NCBI GenBank assembly: GCA_031385045.1 | Contig: JANNBC010000017.1 | Coordinates: 1 to 20,188 of the forward strand | Direction: 5' to 3' | Length of the DNA: 20,188 nucleotides | From: a bacterium | GTDB taxonomy: Bacteria; Bdellovibrionota_C; UBA2361; CALJRW01 | Shown here: one piece after another, positions 10,139 to 18,464 of the stretch | Numbering within the stretch: the first letter of the stretch is position 1 | Layout: every line of letters begins with the position of its first letter | Notes under the pieces: model-generated | Seen by the model: only the letters and a program-made list of their open reading frames with translations | What the model was told of the DNA's origin: nothing | Databases searched by the model: none | Made by a program: the position numbers and the translations under genes

Positions 10139-11125
10139 TTAGCTTAGGGCAGATGATTTCTCAGAACGTTGTTTAATGACTTTTAGGATTGTATTTTGGA
10201 TGTCTTTCATTAAGAAGTTAGCCCAAATGCCGGAATAGAAGTTAAATCTTGTTGAGACTCGGATATCGCTTGAGAGATGCAGGATAACATTTTTCTCTTT
10301 AGTTTTTTCAATTCTGTAAGTTCCGCGAAAAACATCAAAATAACGACCCCCAACTACAACATGTTCATCTAAGGTTGTTGGTGGGATGCTTTTTGGATCT
10401 GAAACAATTGTAAAGGAGAGCTCTTGGTTTTCTTTCCAAATATCAACTGTTTCAATGAATAGTAGTCCCCCCTCAAAGGAAGCTTGTCTTACTCCCCCAA
10501 TCCCTTCGTGAGATAGAGTAGCTTCTATTGGTTTAGGAAATCCCATCTTATAAAAAAAGCCATCAAGTTCTTCGGTGATTTTTGGAACGCGAATTATATT
10601 CTGCCAGACTGTTTCTACTGGAGCATTAATGGTGATTTCTGTTTTTACTTCACTAAGTGCAGTTGGTAATTCTAAATATTGTTCTAAGTAGGCACTGCTA
10701 AGTGGTAGTGATAGAATTATAACTAACCAGCTTGTAGATAGCTTATTACGGTTTATTCTTGTAAGAATTAGGCCTGTTATAAAACCAGAGATGGCAGCCA
10801 GTGGGAGATAGATAACAGCTGCCATCACTAAGCAGATTGCTCCTTCCCAGCCTACTAGCACAGAAAAAGCTAAGCAGATTATAGTTGTGAGGATTGGACT
10901 AAAGATTCTAAAATCCCAGGATCTTTGTTGCTCTTTTGTGGCGAATGCTACGCTAATAATCCCTAAGATTATTGGTAGTATAAATACATACCCAAAGGAC
11001 ATTGCAGCAAAAAGTTCGTTTGCCCAGTTTGGGACAGGAGGTCTGGCAAATAATTGACAAGCGATCCCATAGATTACACCAATCGTTATCGAGAATATTT
11101 GGGTTTTATTAGGCCTTAGATTCAA
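10139..11125 (-). CDS. Multi-pass membrane protein with C-terminal SRPBCC/START-like domain
   Basis: About 5 hydrophobic helices in the first ~145 aa, then VKTEITINAPVETVWQNI, the typical SRPBCC opening strand-helix. Confidence 0.7.
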   Translation of the reverse strand: MNLRPNKTQIFSITIGVIYGIACQLFARPPVPNWANELFAAMSFGYVFILPIILGIISVAFATKEQQRSWDFRIFSPILTTIICLAFSVLVGWEGAICLVMAAVIYLPLAAISGFITGLILTRINRNKLSTSWLVIILSLPLSSAYLEQYLELPTALSEVKTEITINAPVETVWQNIIRVPKITEELDGFFYKMGFPKPIEATLSHEGIGGVRQASFEGGLLFIETVDIWKENQELSFTIVSDPKSIPPTTLDEHVVVGGRYFDVFRGTYRIEKTKEKNVILHLSSDIRVSTRFNFYSGIWANFLMKDIQNTILKVIKQRSEKSSALS

Positions 11126-11137
11126 CTATTTTAGGTC

Positions 11138-11593
11138 TTAATGGGTACCGATTTTTAGATCTACAATTTCTCCAGGTGATTTCATAGAACACTGTCCGTT
11201 GAAAATTACACCTTCGCTGATGCTAACTTTTGGAGCGCGTAAGTCCCCTTTTACTTCAGCAGGTTTTTCTAGTGAAATACTTTTGCTAGCAACAATATTT
11301 CCTTCTAACTTTCCAGAAACGCTAATTTCAGTTGCTTCAATCTGCCCACGAATCTCTGCTTCAGGTCCAATCTTCAGCATGCTTTTTGCTTTTATATCAC
11401 CTTTGATTCGGCAGTTTAAATATGTTGGTCCTTCGAAAGTAAAGTTACCTTCAAGCGTTGTCCCGCTTCCGATATAAACTTCTTGATTAGCCGTTGGAGT
11501 AGAGCCATTTGCTTGTTTAGGGCTGATTTGAAAGTCTGCCACTGTCTTAGTATTTGAATCATTATTTTCTGCTTTGCCGAATCCGAAACTCAT
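11138..11593 (-). CDS. Bactofilin (polymer-forming cytoskeletal protein)
   Basis: IGSGTTLEGNFTFEG...IKGDI...VSGKLEGNI...VKGDL...ISEGVIFNGQCSM beta-helix repeats. Confidence 0.92.
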   Translation of the reverse strand: MSFGFGKAENNDSNTKTVADFQISPKQANGSTPTANQEVYIGSGTTLEGNFTFEGPTYLNCRIKGDIKAKSMLKIGPEAEIRGQIEATEISVSGKLEGNIVASKSISLEKPAEVKGDLRAPKVSISEGVIFNGQCSMKSPGEIVDLKIGTH

Positions 11594-11645
11594 AGTTTTT
11601 ACTCCAAAATATCACAAATCTATTTTAATCTTATCAACCTCAAAG

Positions 11646-12599
11646 TCAATTTTTATTTTCAACCAAATCAATAATTCTGCCTAATTCTGCTTCTGAATAG
11701 TACTCAATTTGTATAGAGCCAGTTCCCTTTTTATTAGTTTTAATGCGGACTTTAGTTCCTAGCATATTCTTTAATCTGTTTTCTAAGTCTGAATATCCAA
11801 CTGCCGGAGCGATTCGATTCTTGGTTTTTCCACGACTTTCAATTTGCACACTTCGATCGACAATTTCTTCTAAGGCGCGTACGGATAAATTTTCTGCAAT
11901 AATTTTCTTAGCTAAATTTAGTTGTGCGGCAGGCTCTTTAATTGTTAGTAATGCCTTGGCGTGTCCTAAGCTAATTTCGCCTCTCTCTAGCATTGCTAAT
12001 GCGTCAGGAACTAAGTTTAGAATTCTAACAAAGTTGGCCACGGCACTACGGCTCTTCCCTACTTTGTCTGCAACCTCTTGTTGATTCATTGAGAACTCAT
12101 CCATCAAGGCTTGGTAAGCGCGAGCTTCTTCCGCAGCATTTAAGTTTTGTCTTTGGATATTTTCGATTAGGGCAATCTCTAGAGTGTCCTTATCTGGTAG
12201 ATCTTTTAAGATAACTGGAACTTGCTTCAGGCCGGCAAGACTTGCGGCTCTCCAACGACGCTCGCCCGCAACTATTTGATATTGCTCACTATTTTTGTCG
12301 ATTTGACGAACTATAATCGGCTGAATTACTCCATGCTGCTTGATTGATTCTGCTAGTTCTTGAAGTTCTGGAAGTTTGAATTCTGTTCTTGGCTGAGCTT
12401 CGTTGCGAGCAATTTGTTCAATCTTAATGTACAGAATTGAGTTCTTGTTGTCAGTTTGTACTGGCGAAATTGTGCCAATAACTTCTGATTTTGCAAAGTT
12501 TTCCTTTTGTTTTTCAGGAGAAGTTTGAACGCTTGGTGATGAAATTAAAGCGCTAAGTCCCCTGCCTAATGGTTTTCTAAATTTCTTTACTTCCGTCAT
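11646..12599 (-). CDS. parB: Chromosome partitioning protein ParB/Spo0J
   Basis: LGRGLSALI ParA-interaction motif, QPR, AGERRWRA, ENIQR and an HTH. Start set at ATG 12599 (MTEVKK). Confidence 0.97.
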   Translation of the reverse strand: MTEVKKFRKPLGRGLSALISSPSVQTSPEKQKENFAKSEVIGTISPVQTDNKNSILYIKIEQIARNEAQPRTEFKLPELQELAESIKQHGVIQPIIVRQIDKNSEQYQIVAGERRWRAASLAGLKQVPVILKDLPDKDTLEIALIENIQRQNLNAAEEARAYQALMDEFSMNQQEVADKVGKSRSAVANFVRILNLVPDALAMLERGEISLGHAKALLTIKEPAAQLNLAKKIIAENLSVRALEEIVDRSVQIESRGKTKNRIAPAVGYSDLENRLKNMLGTKVRIKTNKKGTGSIQIEYYSEAELGRIIDLVENKN

Positions 12600-12626
12600 T
12601 TTTTGTATTCCTAAATAAAAGTTCCA

Positions 12627-12688
12627 TCCGCCGTCACAAATAAAGACTATGTAATGTTCCACGTAGAACATTGCTATGGTGGACAATC
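12627..12688 (+). repeat. REP-like hairpin element, copy C, carrying a parS-like palindrome, in the parA-parB spacer
   Basis: TCCGCCGTCAC...GTAATGTTCCACGTAGAACATTGC-TATGGTGGACAATC has the same end motifs as copies A and B. Confidence 0.65.
12655..12670. promoter_or_regulatory. parS-like site
   Basis: TGTTCCACGTAGAACA matches the TGTTCCACGTGGAACA parS palindrome at 15/16 and lies between parA and parB. Confidence 0.7.
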
Positions 12689-12698
12689 TCCAAACATT

Positions 12699-13490
12699 TT
12701 ATAAATTCGAAACTTGAGCCATTGTTCCCTGACATCTAGCTGATACTTCTTTTGCTAGATTTCTATAAGCTTCCGCTCCATTTGACTCTGGTGCATATAT
12801 AGCAATTGGCTCTCCATGGCTTGGAGCTTCCGAGAGCTTTATATTTCTTGGGATTCTTGTTTGGAAAACCTTATCGCCAAAGTGGTTTTTAGCTTCTTCC
12901 CAAACTTGAGCAGACAGGTTTGTGCGAGCATCGTACATAGTTAAGAATACCCCAAGAATCTCCAGCTTGGTGTTGTATGTGCCTTGTACAAAATTAATTG
13001 TCTTAATCAAGGCACTTAGCCCTTCTAGTGCGTAGTATTCAGATTGTAATGGAATTAATACCTTATTAGCAGCTCCAAGAGCGTTTAGAGTTAGAAGTCC
13101 AGAAGATGGCGGACAGTCAATTAAAATATAGTCATAGCGATTCTTAATACTATCTATCTCTGTTTTTAGGATTAGTTCTCGACCAGGAGTTTTCCCTAGT
13201 TCAATTTCGATTGATACTAAGTCAGACGATGCTGGGGCTATTGATAGATTGTTGATTTTTGTTTTTTGTATGATTGAAGAAATATTGGCTTCTTGAAAAA
13301 ACATATCAAAAAGATCTTTAACATTTTCTTCTAGATCGACGCCAAGTCCGCTGGTTGCACTTCCTTGAGGGTCAAAATCGATTACTAAAACTTGATATCC
13401 AAGGATCGCTAGGTCTGTTCCGAGGTTTACCGTGCTGGTGGTCTTGCCGACGCCACCTTTTTGATTGGCAATTGCGATAATTTCTGTCAT
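12699..13490 (-). CDS. parA: Chromosome partitioning ATPase ParA/Soj
   Basis: ANQKGGVGKTT deviant Walker A, DFDPQG, IDCPPS and IPRNIKLSEAPSHG motifs. Confidence 0.98.
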   Translation of the reverse strand: MTEIIAIANQKGGVGKTTSTVNLGTDLAILGYQVLVIDFDPQGSATSGLGVDLEENVKDLFDMFFQEANISSIIQKTKINNLSIAPASSDLVSIEIELGKTPGRELILKTEIDSIKNRYDYILIDCPPSSGLLTLNALGAANKVLIPLQSEYYALEGLSALIKTINFVQGTYNTKLEILGVFLTMYDARTNLSAQVWEEAKNHFGDKVFQTRIPRNIKLSEAPSHGEPIAIYAPESNGAEAYRNLAKEVSARCQGTMAQVSNL

Positions 13491-13560
13491 TGAAGTTATT
13501 TTTAAACTATCTGATCTAATTAATCAAATAAAATCATATTAAGATTACAAATGTTCCACA

Positions 13561-13626
13561 GCTTGTCGCGCCAAAGTGCTACAAAGTTCCACGTGGAACA
13601 ATTAAGTATTCGCGCACGACGGCGGA
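13561..13626 (-). repeat. REP-like hairpin element, copy B, carrying a parS site
   Basis: Minus strand reads TCCGCCGTCGTGC-GCGAATACTTAATTGTTCCACGTGGAACTTTGTA-GCACTTTGGCGCGACAAGC. Confidence 0.7.
13585..13600. promoter_or_regulatory. parS centromere-like site
   Basis: AGTTCCACGTGGAACA has a perfect 14-bp palindromic core GTTCCACGTGGAAC and lies about 95 bp upstream of parA. Confidence 0.88.
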
Positions 13627-13660
13627 TAGAACATTGCTATGGCGGACAAGCAGTGGAACT

Positions 13661-14750
13661 TTATCTATGCATCAGATAGGCTTCAATAAAGCCATCAATT
13701 TTACCATCCAAAACTCCACCAGTATCCGAAGTCTCAAATTGGGTTCTTAAGTCTTTAACCATTTGATAAGGGTGGAGGACATAGGAGCGAATCTGACTGC
13801 CGTAGTCAATTTTCTTTCTTTCACCTTTAAGCTCATCGAGTTTTTCAGCTTGTTGTTCTGTTAAAAGCTCAAAAAGCTTAGAATTAAGCATTTTTATAGC
13901 TCGATCTTTGTTCTTGTGTTGTGATCTTTCATTTTGACAAGCAACCACTGTATTTGTTGGGATGTGAGTAATCCTAACTGCTGAGTCCGTAGTATTAACG
14001 TGTTGGCCACCAGCTCCCGAAGATCTATAGGTATCAATTCTTAAATCATCGGGGTTAATGTCGACAACGATGTCTTCGGCAATGTCAGGAGTAACTGATA
14101 CTGCAGCAAAAGATGTATGACGTTTCGAGTTGGCATCAAAAGGGGAGATGCGTACTAGTCGGTGAACACCTTGTTCCGCTTTTAAATGTCCATAAGCATA
14201 TGGTCCAACAATGGAAATAGTTACACCTTTTAAGCCAGCTTCTTCGCCCGGCGAATAATCTAAAACTTCTACTTTAAAGTTTTTGCGTTCAGCCCAGCGG
14301 GTATACATCCGCATCAGCATCTCCGCCCAATCTTGTGCTTCCGTGCCACCAGACCCGCCATTGATTTCTAGTAGAGCAGGGGAGATGTCATGGGGGCCAC
14401 TCATTTTACAGATAAATTCACGCTCACCAAGCTCTGCAATAAATTTTAATAAAGTTCCTTCTGCTTCTGTTATGAAGTCTGGGTCGTCTTTCGCTAACTC
14501 TAAGGCTGTTTCTGTATCATCCCTTAGGGTGGATAACCTATTGAAACTGTTAACTATTTCTTGGTTTTGTGATTTCTCCTGAGAGATTTTAGTAGCTCTT
14601 TGCTGATCATTCCAGAAATCATCACGGTGCATTTCAGCTTCTAGTTTGGCAAGTTTTGCCATTAACGAATCTAAGTCAAAGAAACTCCTTTAATTTGGCG
14701 TGCCTTATTTTTAGATCGTTAAACTGATAAGTGATTTCGTTAAGGTCCAT
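13661..14750 (-). CDS. prfB: Peptide chain release factor 2, translated via programmed +1 frameshift (about 362 aa)
   Basis: SPF and GGQ motifs. ATG 14750 gives MDLNEITYQFNDLKIRHAKLKEFL, then AAGGAG-TTT-CTT-TGA-C (CTT 14681-14679, TGA 14678-14676). The +1 frame continues DLDSLMAKL. Confidence 0.97.
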
Positions 14751-15092
14751 GTTATAAATATTAACATTATTTATAGTTACGATAAAAAGTAATTTCCTTC
14801 AGGGAATGAAATATTCTGATTACCGTTAATTAGAGGAATACTCTAGCAAACAATCTACTATTTTAAAATATGACTAACTGCATAATCTATCATTCTATCT
14901 ACACGAAGATAGATTTTGATCTGTAGTGTAGCAGTTGAGGATTTTGAGGAGTTTTATCTGGATAGTCTAAGTCAAAAGCCACCGGTTCTGGATTTAAATC
15001 ACCAATTACTTCAACTAGTGAATTCAGAGCTTAGAGACTGAATCTAAGTATTGGTGCGGATCTCTACAACTAACGTTGAAATTGCCCTTATA

Positions 15093-18000
15093 TTAAGCTT
15101 TTAATTGCAAGAATCCATCAAGATCAATTGAACCAGTAACCCCAGTGTTATACCAGTTTCCAGATTTTACCTGATTAGTTGCCTCAGGATTATTCCAATA
15201 TCCAAGAAAAACATTTGCTCCCTTAACCTGGATAATTCCTAATTTGTTAACTCCTAACTCTGCTCCCGTTTCGGGATCAATAATTTTTACACAAATATTT
15301 GGTAGTGGATGTCCAACCGTGCCAGACTTTCGGCCAATTTGTTTAGCATCAGGCAGATCGATATCTGGAATGTTTAAGGATAAAAGAGGAGACAACTCAC
15401 TTTGTCCAAAGCTTTCTAAGATATTCAAATGAAAACAATCATCAAACTCTAAATCCAAGTCTGGATCTAAATGTTCGGCAACATTAATGATATATTTAAA
15501 GTTTGATAGCTGATGATTAAATGTATGTTCCATTAAATTTCCAGCAATTTTAGGAGTTAAGAAGATGATGTTTGAATCTAGTGTGCGATCTAGATCATTG
15601 AGATAGCTAATTTTCACACCAGAAAGGAGAGGTAGCCAAAAGTTAAGCGATAAACCAAAGATAGTGTTCAAATTTAACAAAGCTTCAATTTGATCTTTAT
15701 GGCTTAGGTGTAAGACTTGATATAGTGCCGAAATATTAGAGCTAATATTAGCATGTGACAACATCACTCCCCGTGGTGATCCATTTTTAAATTCATAAAA
15801 AACACCTAAAAGATCTGAGCCATTACCCTTACTCGCGGTTAGAAGTTTAATTAATATACTCGGCGCGTAGGAGAGTAAATGATTTTTAATTTTAACTCCA
15901 AGTGTTTGAGCCTTTAGTAAATCTGACATCAAAAGAGCCTCAAGGTTAGGAAGTTCTAAAGAGTTTTGTGTTACATCAGAGATTATTACCTGAATTTGCC
16001 CATCTAGGCAGACTTGCCTTTTTTGCTCAGCGCTCCACTTCGGATCAATATTAATAACAGGAATATTTGTAAAACTTAGAGCTGCATTAATTAGAACTTG
16101 TTGATATGGATTACTAAACTGAAGTCCAATTGGGCTTAAAGTTTTAAGTTTTGTTCTTAAAACGGCATTTAAGTTTAGGACGTCACGCAAAAACTGAATG
16201 CCATTAATTTTATTTCGATGATTAAAAATAATTGTTTGATACCGACGTTTGCAGAGTGATGAGATTAAGCGAAAATTTAGTCTTTCTTCAGCTTCGGAGC
16301 GCAAATGGAAAGCTTCTGCTCCTAGCTCAGAGACTTTTTGACGAACTTCAAATGCAGTACTTTTTGCTGGAAGAGGTTTGCCAAATTTAATTGCTAATGG
16401 ATAGGGGATCTGGTCAGGAATTTTCCAAAAGAACGTACCCTTAGAAAAGCTAAAAAGACTGCCCCAGACTTGATCTAAATAGAAGGGGATAATTGGCTCT
16501 TCTCTGTCAGCCATGATTCGTTCTAAGCCCTTACGAAAACTGCTGAGATTACCGTTTCTAGTTAATTGACCTTCAGCAAAAATACAAACTAATTCACCAT
16601 TTTTAATCGCTTCACTTGCTTCATTTAAAGCCCATTCCACATTTTCTTTTTTGTCTTTACCGTCTATCGGAATTACTTTAACCCCTCGTACGATCAGGTT
16701 TATTATTGGTAAGTTGAAAATTGCTTTATGCATAATAAAGCGGACGGGACGTTTACTAGCTGCCAAAACAATTAAAGCATCGGCATAAGACATGTGATTT
16801 CCAACAAGCAAAGCACCACTATCTTTAGGGATGTGCTGTTCTCCAACAATTTTTAATTTGTAGACTGTATTAGTTAAGATCCAATTCAAGCAACGAAGCG
16901 ATAACTCCGGCATCATCTGGAAGGAAATGAAAGTTAGGAAGAAAGAGATAACTCCTAAGATCAAAAAAACTTCCTGAACGTTAAGTCCTAGTAATCCATT
17001 AAAAAACCAGAGTGCAAAGCTTGCGAGTAGAATGAAGAGATTAAAAATAATATTTGAAGCAGCAATATAATTTCCTCTTTTCTTAACAGGGCTATTTGCT
17101 TGAAAATAAGCATTAAGGGGCACAATGTAAAAGCCAGCGGCGAAGCCCAGAATTAAAAAGCAAACGACAATCGAAATAATTGAATTAGCAAAGGTGCCCA
17201 GAGCAACTGCGGCTAACCCAAGCACAAAAGAGGCGACAGGAACAATTCCTAACTCTACCCGACTAGGAGAAAGACGACCAACTAACGCACTGCCAGAACC
17301 AATTCCGAGGATTAAAGCTGTTAGGATATATCCAATATCGCTTTCTGTAATGTTTGGTATTTGTTCTGGATATAAGAAAATACTCAGTTGAGTTAGGCCC
17401 CCTACAAACCAAAACCAAGAACTAGCCAACATTACCAAAAATAAATTACGATTTGCTTTAATTTCTTTGAGGTTAACGTAGAAATTTCTAAGTAAATTAA
17501 AGTCTAGCTTTAAATCAGGATTTTGTGCGGGTGTTTTTCTAATTCTAGTTGCCGCATAGATGGCGATTAATAAGACGCAAGATAAAATAATTAATGAAGA
17601 AACTTTAAAATCAATTGGAATCAAATGGAGTTGTCCACCAACGGCCGTTCCTAGTAAAATTCCCATGAAGGTTACCATCTCAACGTACCCGTTTGCTTTT
17701 GTTAGCTCAGTAGGATGAACAAGTTCTGGAATAATTCCAAATTTACTTGGACTGAAGAGGGCACTTTGAAGTCCAAATAGGAAAAGAATAAATAAGAGAC
17801 CTGCGACATTCTCAGTGAACATGAAGTAGCTACCGAGCAAGATAAAAGTTGGTTCAACAAGTCTCGTAATTAAGGCAATTCTGGATTTACTAAAGCGATC
17901 TGCTAGCCAGCCAGCTAGTGGGGAAAAGAGAATAAATGGTAGAACTAAGAGAGCCCCAGTTAGACTAATTAATTTAGTTTTTTCATTTCCAGTGTGATGG

Positions 18001-18104
18001 CTAGCAATTAATGTTAATAAGATAATTTTAAAAAAATTATCATTAAAGGCACCACCACCTAAGACTACTAAAAAATATCGAAAGCTTGATTTTAAATGAG
18101 GCAC
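15093..18104 (-). CDS. LplT-type MFS transporter / PlsC-type acyltransferase / AMP-binding fusion (Aas-like); adenylation domain degenerate and C-terminally truncated
   Basis: N-terminal MFS (AFNDNFFK, AGWLADRFSK, SPSKFGIIPE), acyltransferase NHMSYAD and FAEG motifs, then an ANL-family region (GVMLSHANI, GTVGHPLP, KGANVFLGYWN). Confidence 0.9.
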   Translation of the reverse strand: MPHLKSSFRYFLVVLGGGAFNDNFFKIILLTLIASHHTGNEKTKLISLTGALLVLPFILFSPLAGWLADRFSKSRIALITRLVEPTFILLGSYFMFTENVAGLLFILFLFGLQSALFSPSKFGIIPELVHPTELTKANGYVEMVTFMGILLGTAVGGQLHLIPIDFKVSSLIILSCVLLIAIYAATRIRKTPAQNPDLKLDFNLLRNFYVNLKEIKANRNLFLVMLASSWFWFVGGLTQLSIFLYPEQIPNITESDIGYILTALILGIGSGSALVGRLSPSRVELGIVPVASFVLGLAAVALGTFANSIISIVVCFLILGFAAGFYIVPLNAYFQANSPVKKRGNYIAASNIIFNLFILLASFALWFFNGLLGLNVQEVFLILGVISFFLTFISFQMMPELSLRCLNWILTNTVYKLKIVGEQHIPKDSGALLVGNHMSYADALIVLAASKRPVRFIMHKAIFNLPIINLIVRGVKVIPIDGKDKKENVEWALNEASEAIKNGELVCIFAEGQLTRNGNLSSFRKGLERIMADREEPIIPFYLDQVWGSLFSFSKGTFFWKIPDQIPYPLAIKFGKPLPAKSTAFEVRQKVSELGAEAFHLRSEAEERLNFRLISSLCKRRYQTIIFNHRNKINGIQFLRDVLNLNAVLRTKLKTLSPIGLQFSNPYQQVLINAALSFTNIPVINIDPKWSAEQKRQVCLDGQIQVIISDVTQNSLELPNLEALLMSDLLKAQTLGVKIKNHLLSYAPSILIKLLTASKGNGSDLLGVFYEFKNGSPRGVMLSHANISSNISALYQVLHLSHKDQIEALLNLNTIFGLSLNFWLPLLSGVKISYLNDLDRTLDSNIIFLTPKIAGNLMEHTFNHQLSNFKYIINVAEHLDPDLDLEFDDCFHLNILESFGQSELSPLLSLNIPDIDLPDAKQIGRKSGTVGHPLPNICVKIIDPETGAELGVNKLGIIQVKGANVFLGYWNNPEATNQVKSGNWYNTGVTGSIDLDGFLQLKA

Positions 18105-18464
18105 GACAGGGTAAAGATTAAATATTCTAAGTAGTTATCCCCTATGAAGGCTGATGAGGCAAGGGGTTCAATCACCTAGAGGATTGATTCTGTAATCAAA
18201 CTTTAGCTTGATGCCTCACAAAGAATATTTTCAGAACTTGGTACTGAGCTGTTGTTTTGTGATCCCTTTACTTTCTATCAAGGAAGACGGAAGGACTATC
18301 CGTGACAGTTATAAGTGGGATTTGTAATCAAGCTGGGATTTATTCTTTTAAGCGCGAAAATATTTCTGGAAAAAGAGAGTTTTTAGTAAGTCAGCAGGAT
18401 TTAAAAAGTGCCATTGAGCAATTTCTGTTTGCTAAACAAGTAACGCCAAACTCTTAAAAAATAC

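Larger units (their letters stand above)
13550..13651 (+). repeat. REP-like element copy D (partial), split by copy B
   Basis: 13550-13560 (AATGTTCCACA) joined to 13627-13649 (TAGAACATTGCTATGGCGGACAA) matches 12653-12686 at 32/34 nt. Confidence 0.65.

Noticed and set aside
12600..12686. 29-aa N-terminal extension of ParB in the ORF track
   Set aside because: It reads through repeat copy C and the parS-like site; ATG 12599 puts the LGRGL motif at its usual near-terminal position.
14870..15051. Small + strand ORF pieces and a TCTATCT/AGATAGA hairpin between prfB and the Aas-like gene
   Set aside because: The frames are under 50 codons with no convincing start or motif, and the hairpin is short and AT-rich.
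18148..18220. glmS ribozyme, hammerhead or fluoride riboswitch (CTGATGAGG...GATGCCTC)
   Set aside because: It lacks the glmS AGCGCC/GGCG core, the hammerhead GAAA after stem II and the fluoride-aptamer spacing, and no cognate gene lies downstream on that strand.
18144..18328. TAG read-through or alternative genetic code suggested by an ORF with two in-frame TAGs
   Set aside because: atpD and the IMPDH/GMPR-family gene end in TAG at plausible positions, so TAG is a stop in this genome.
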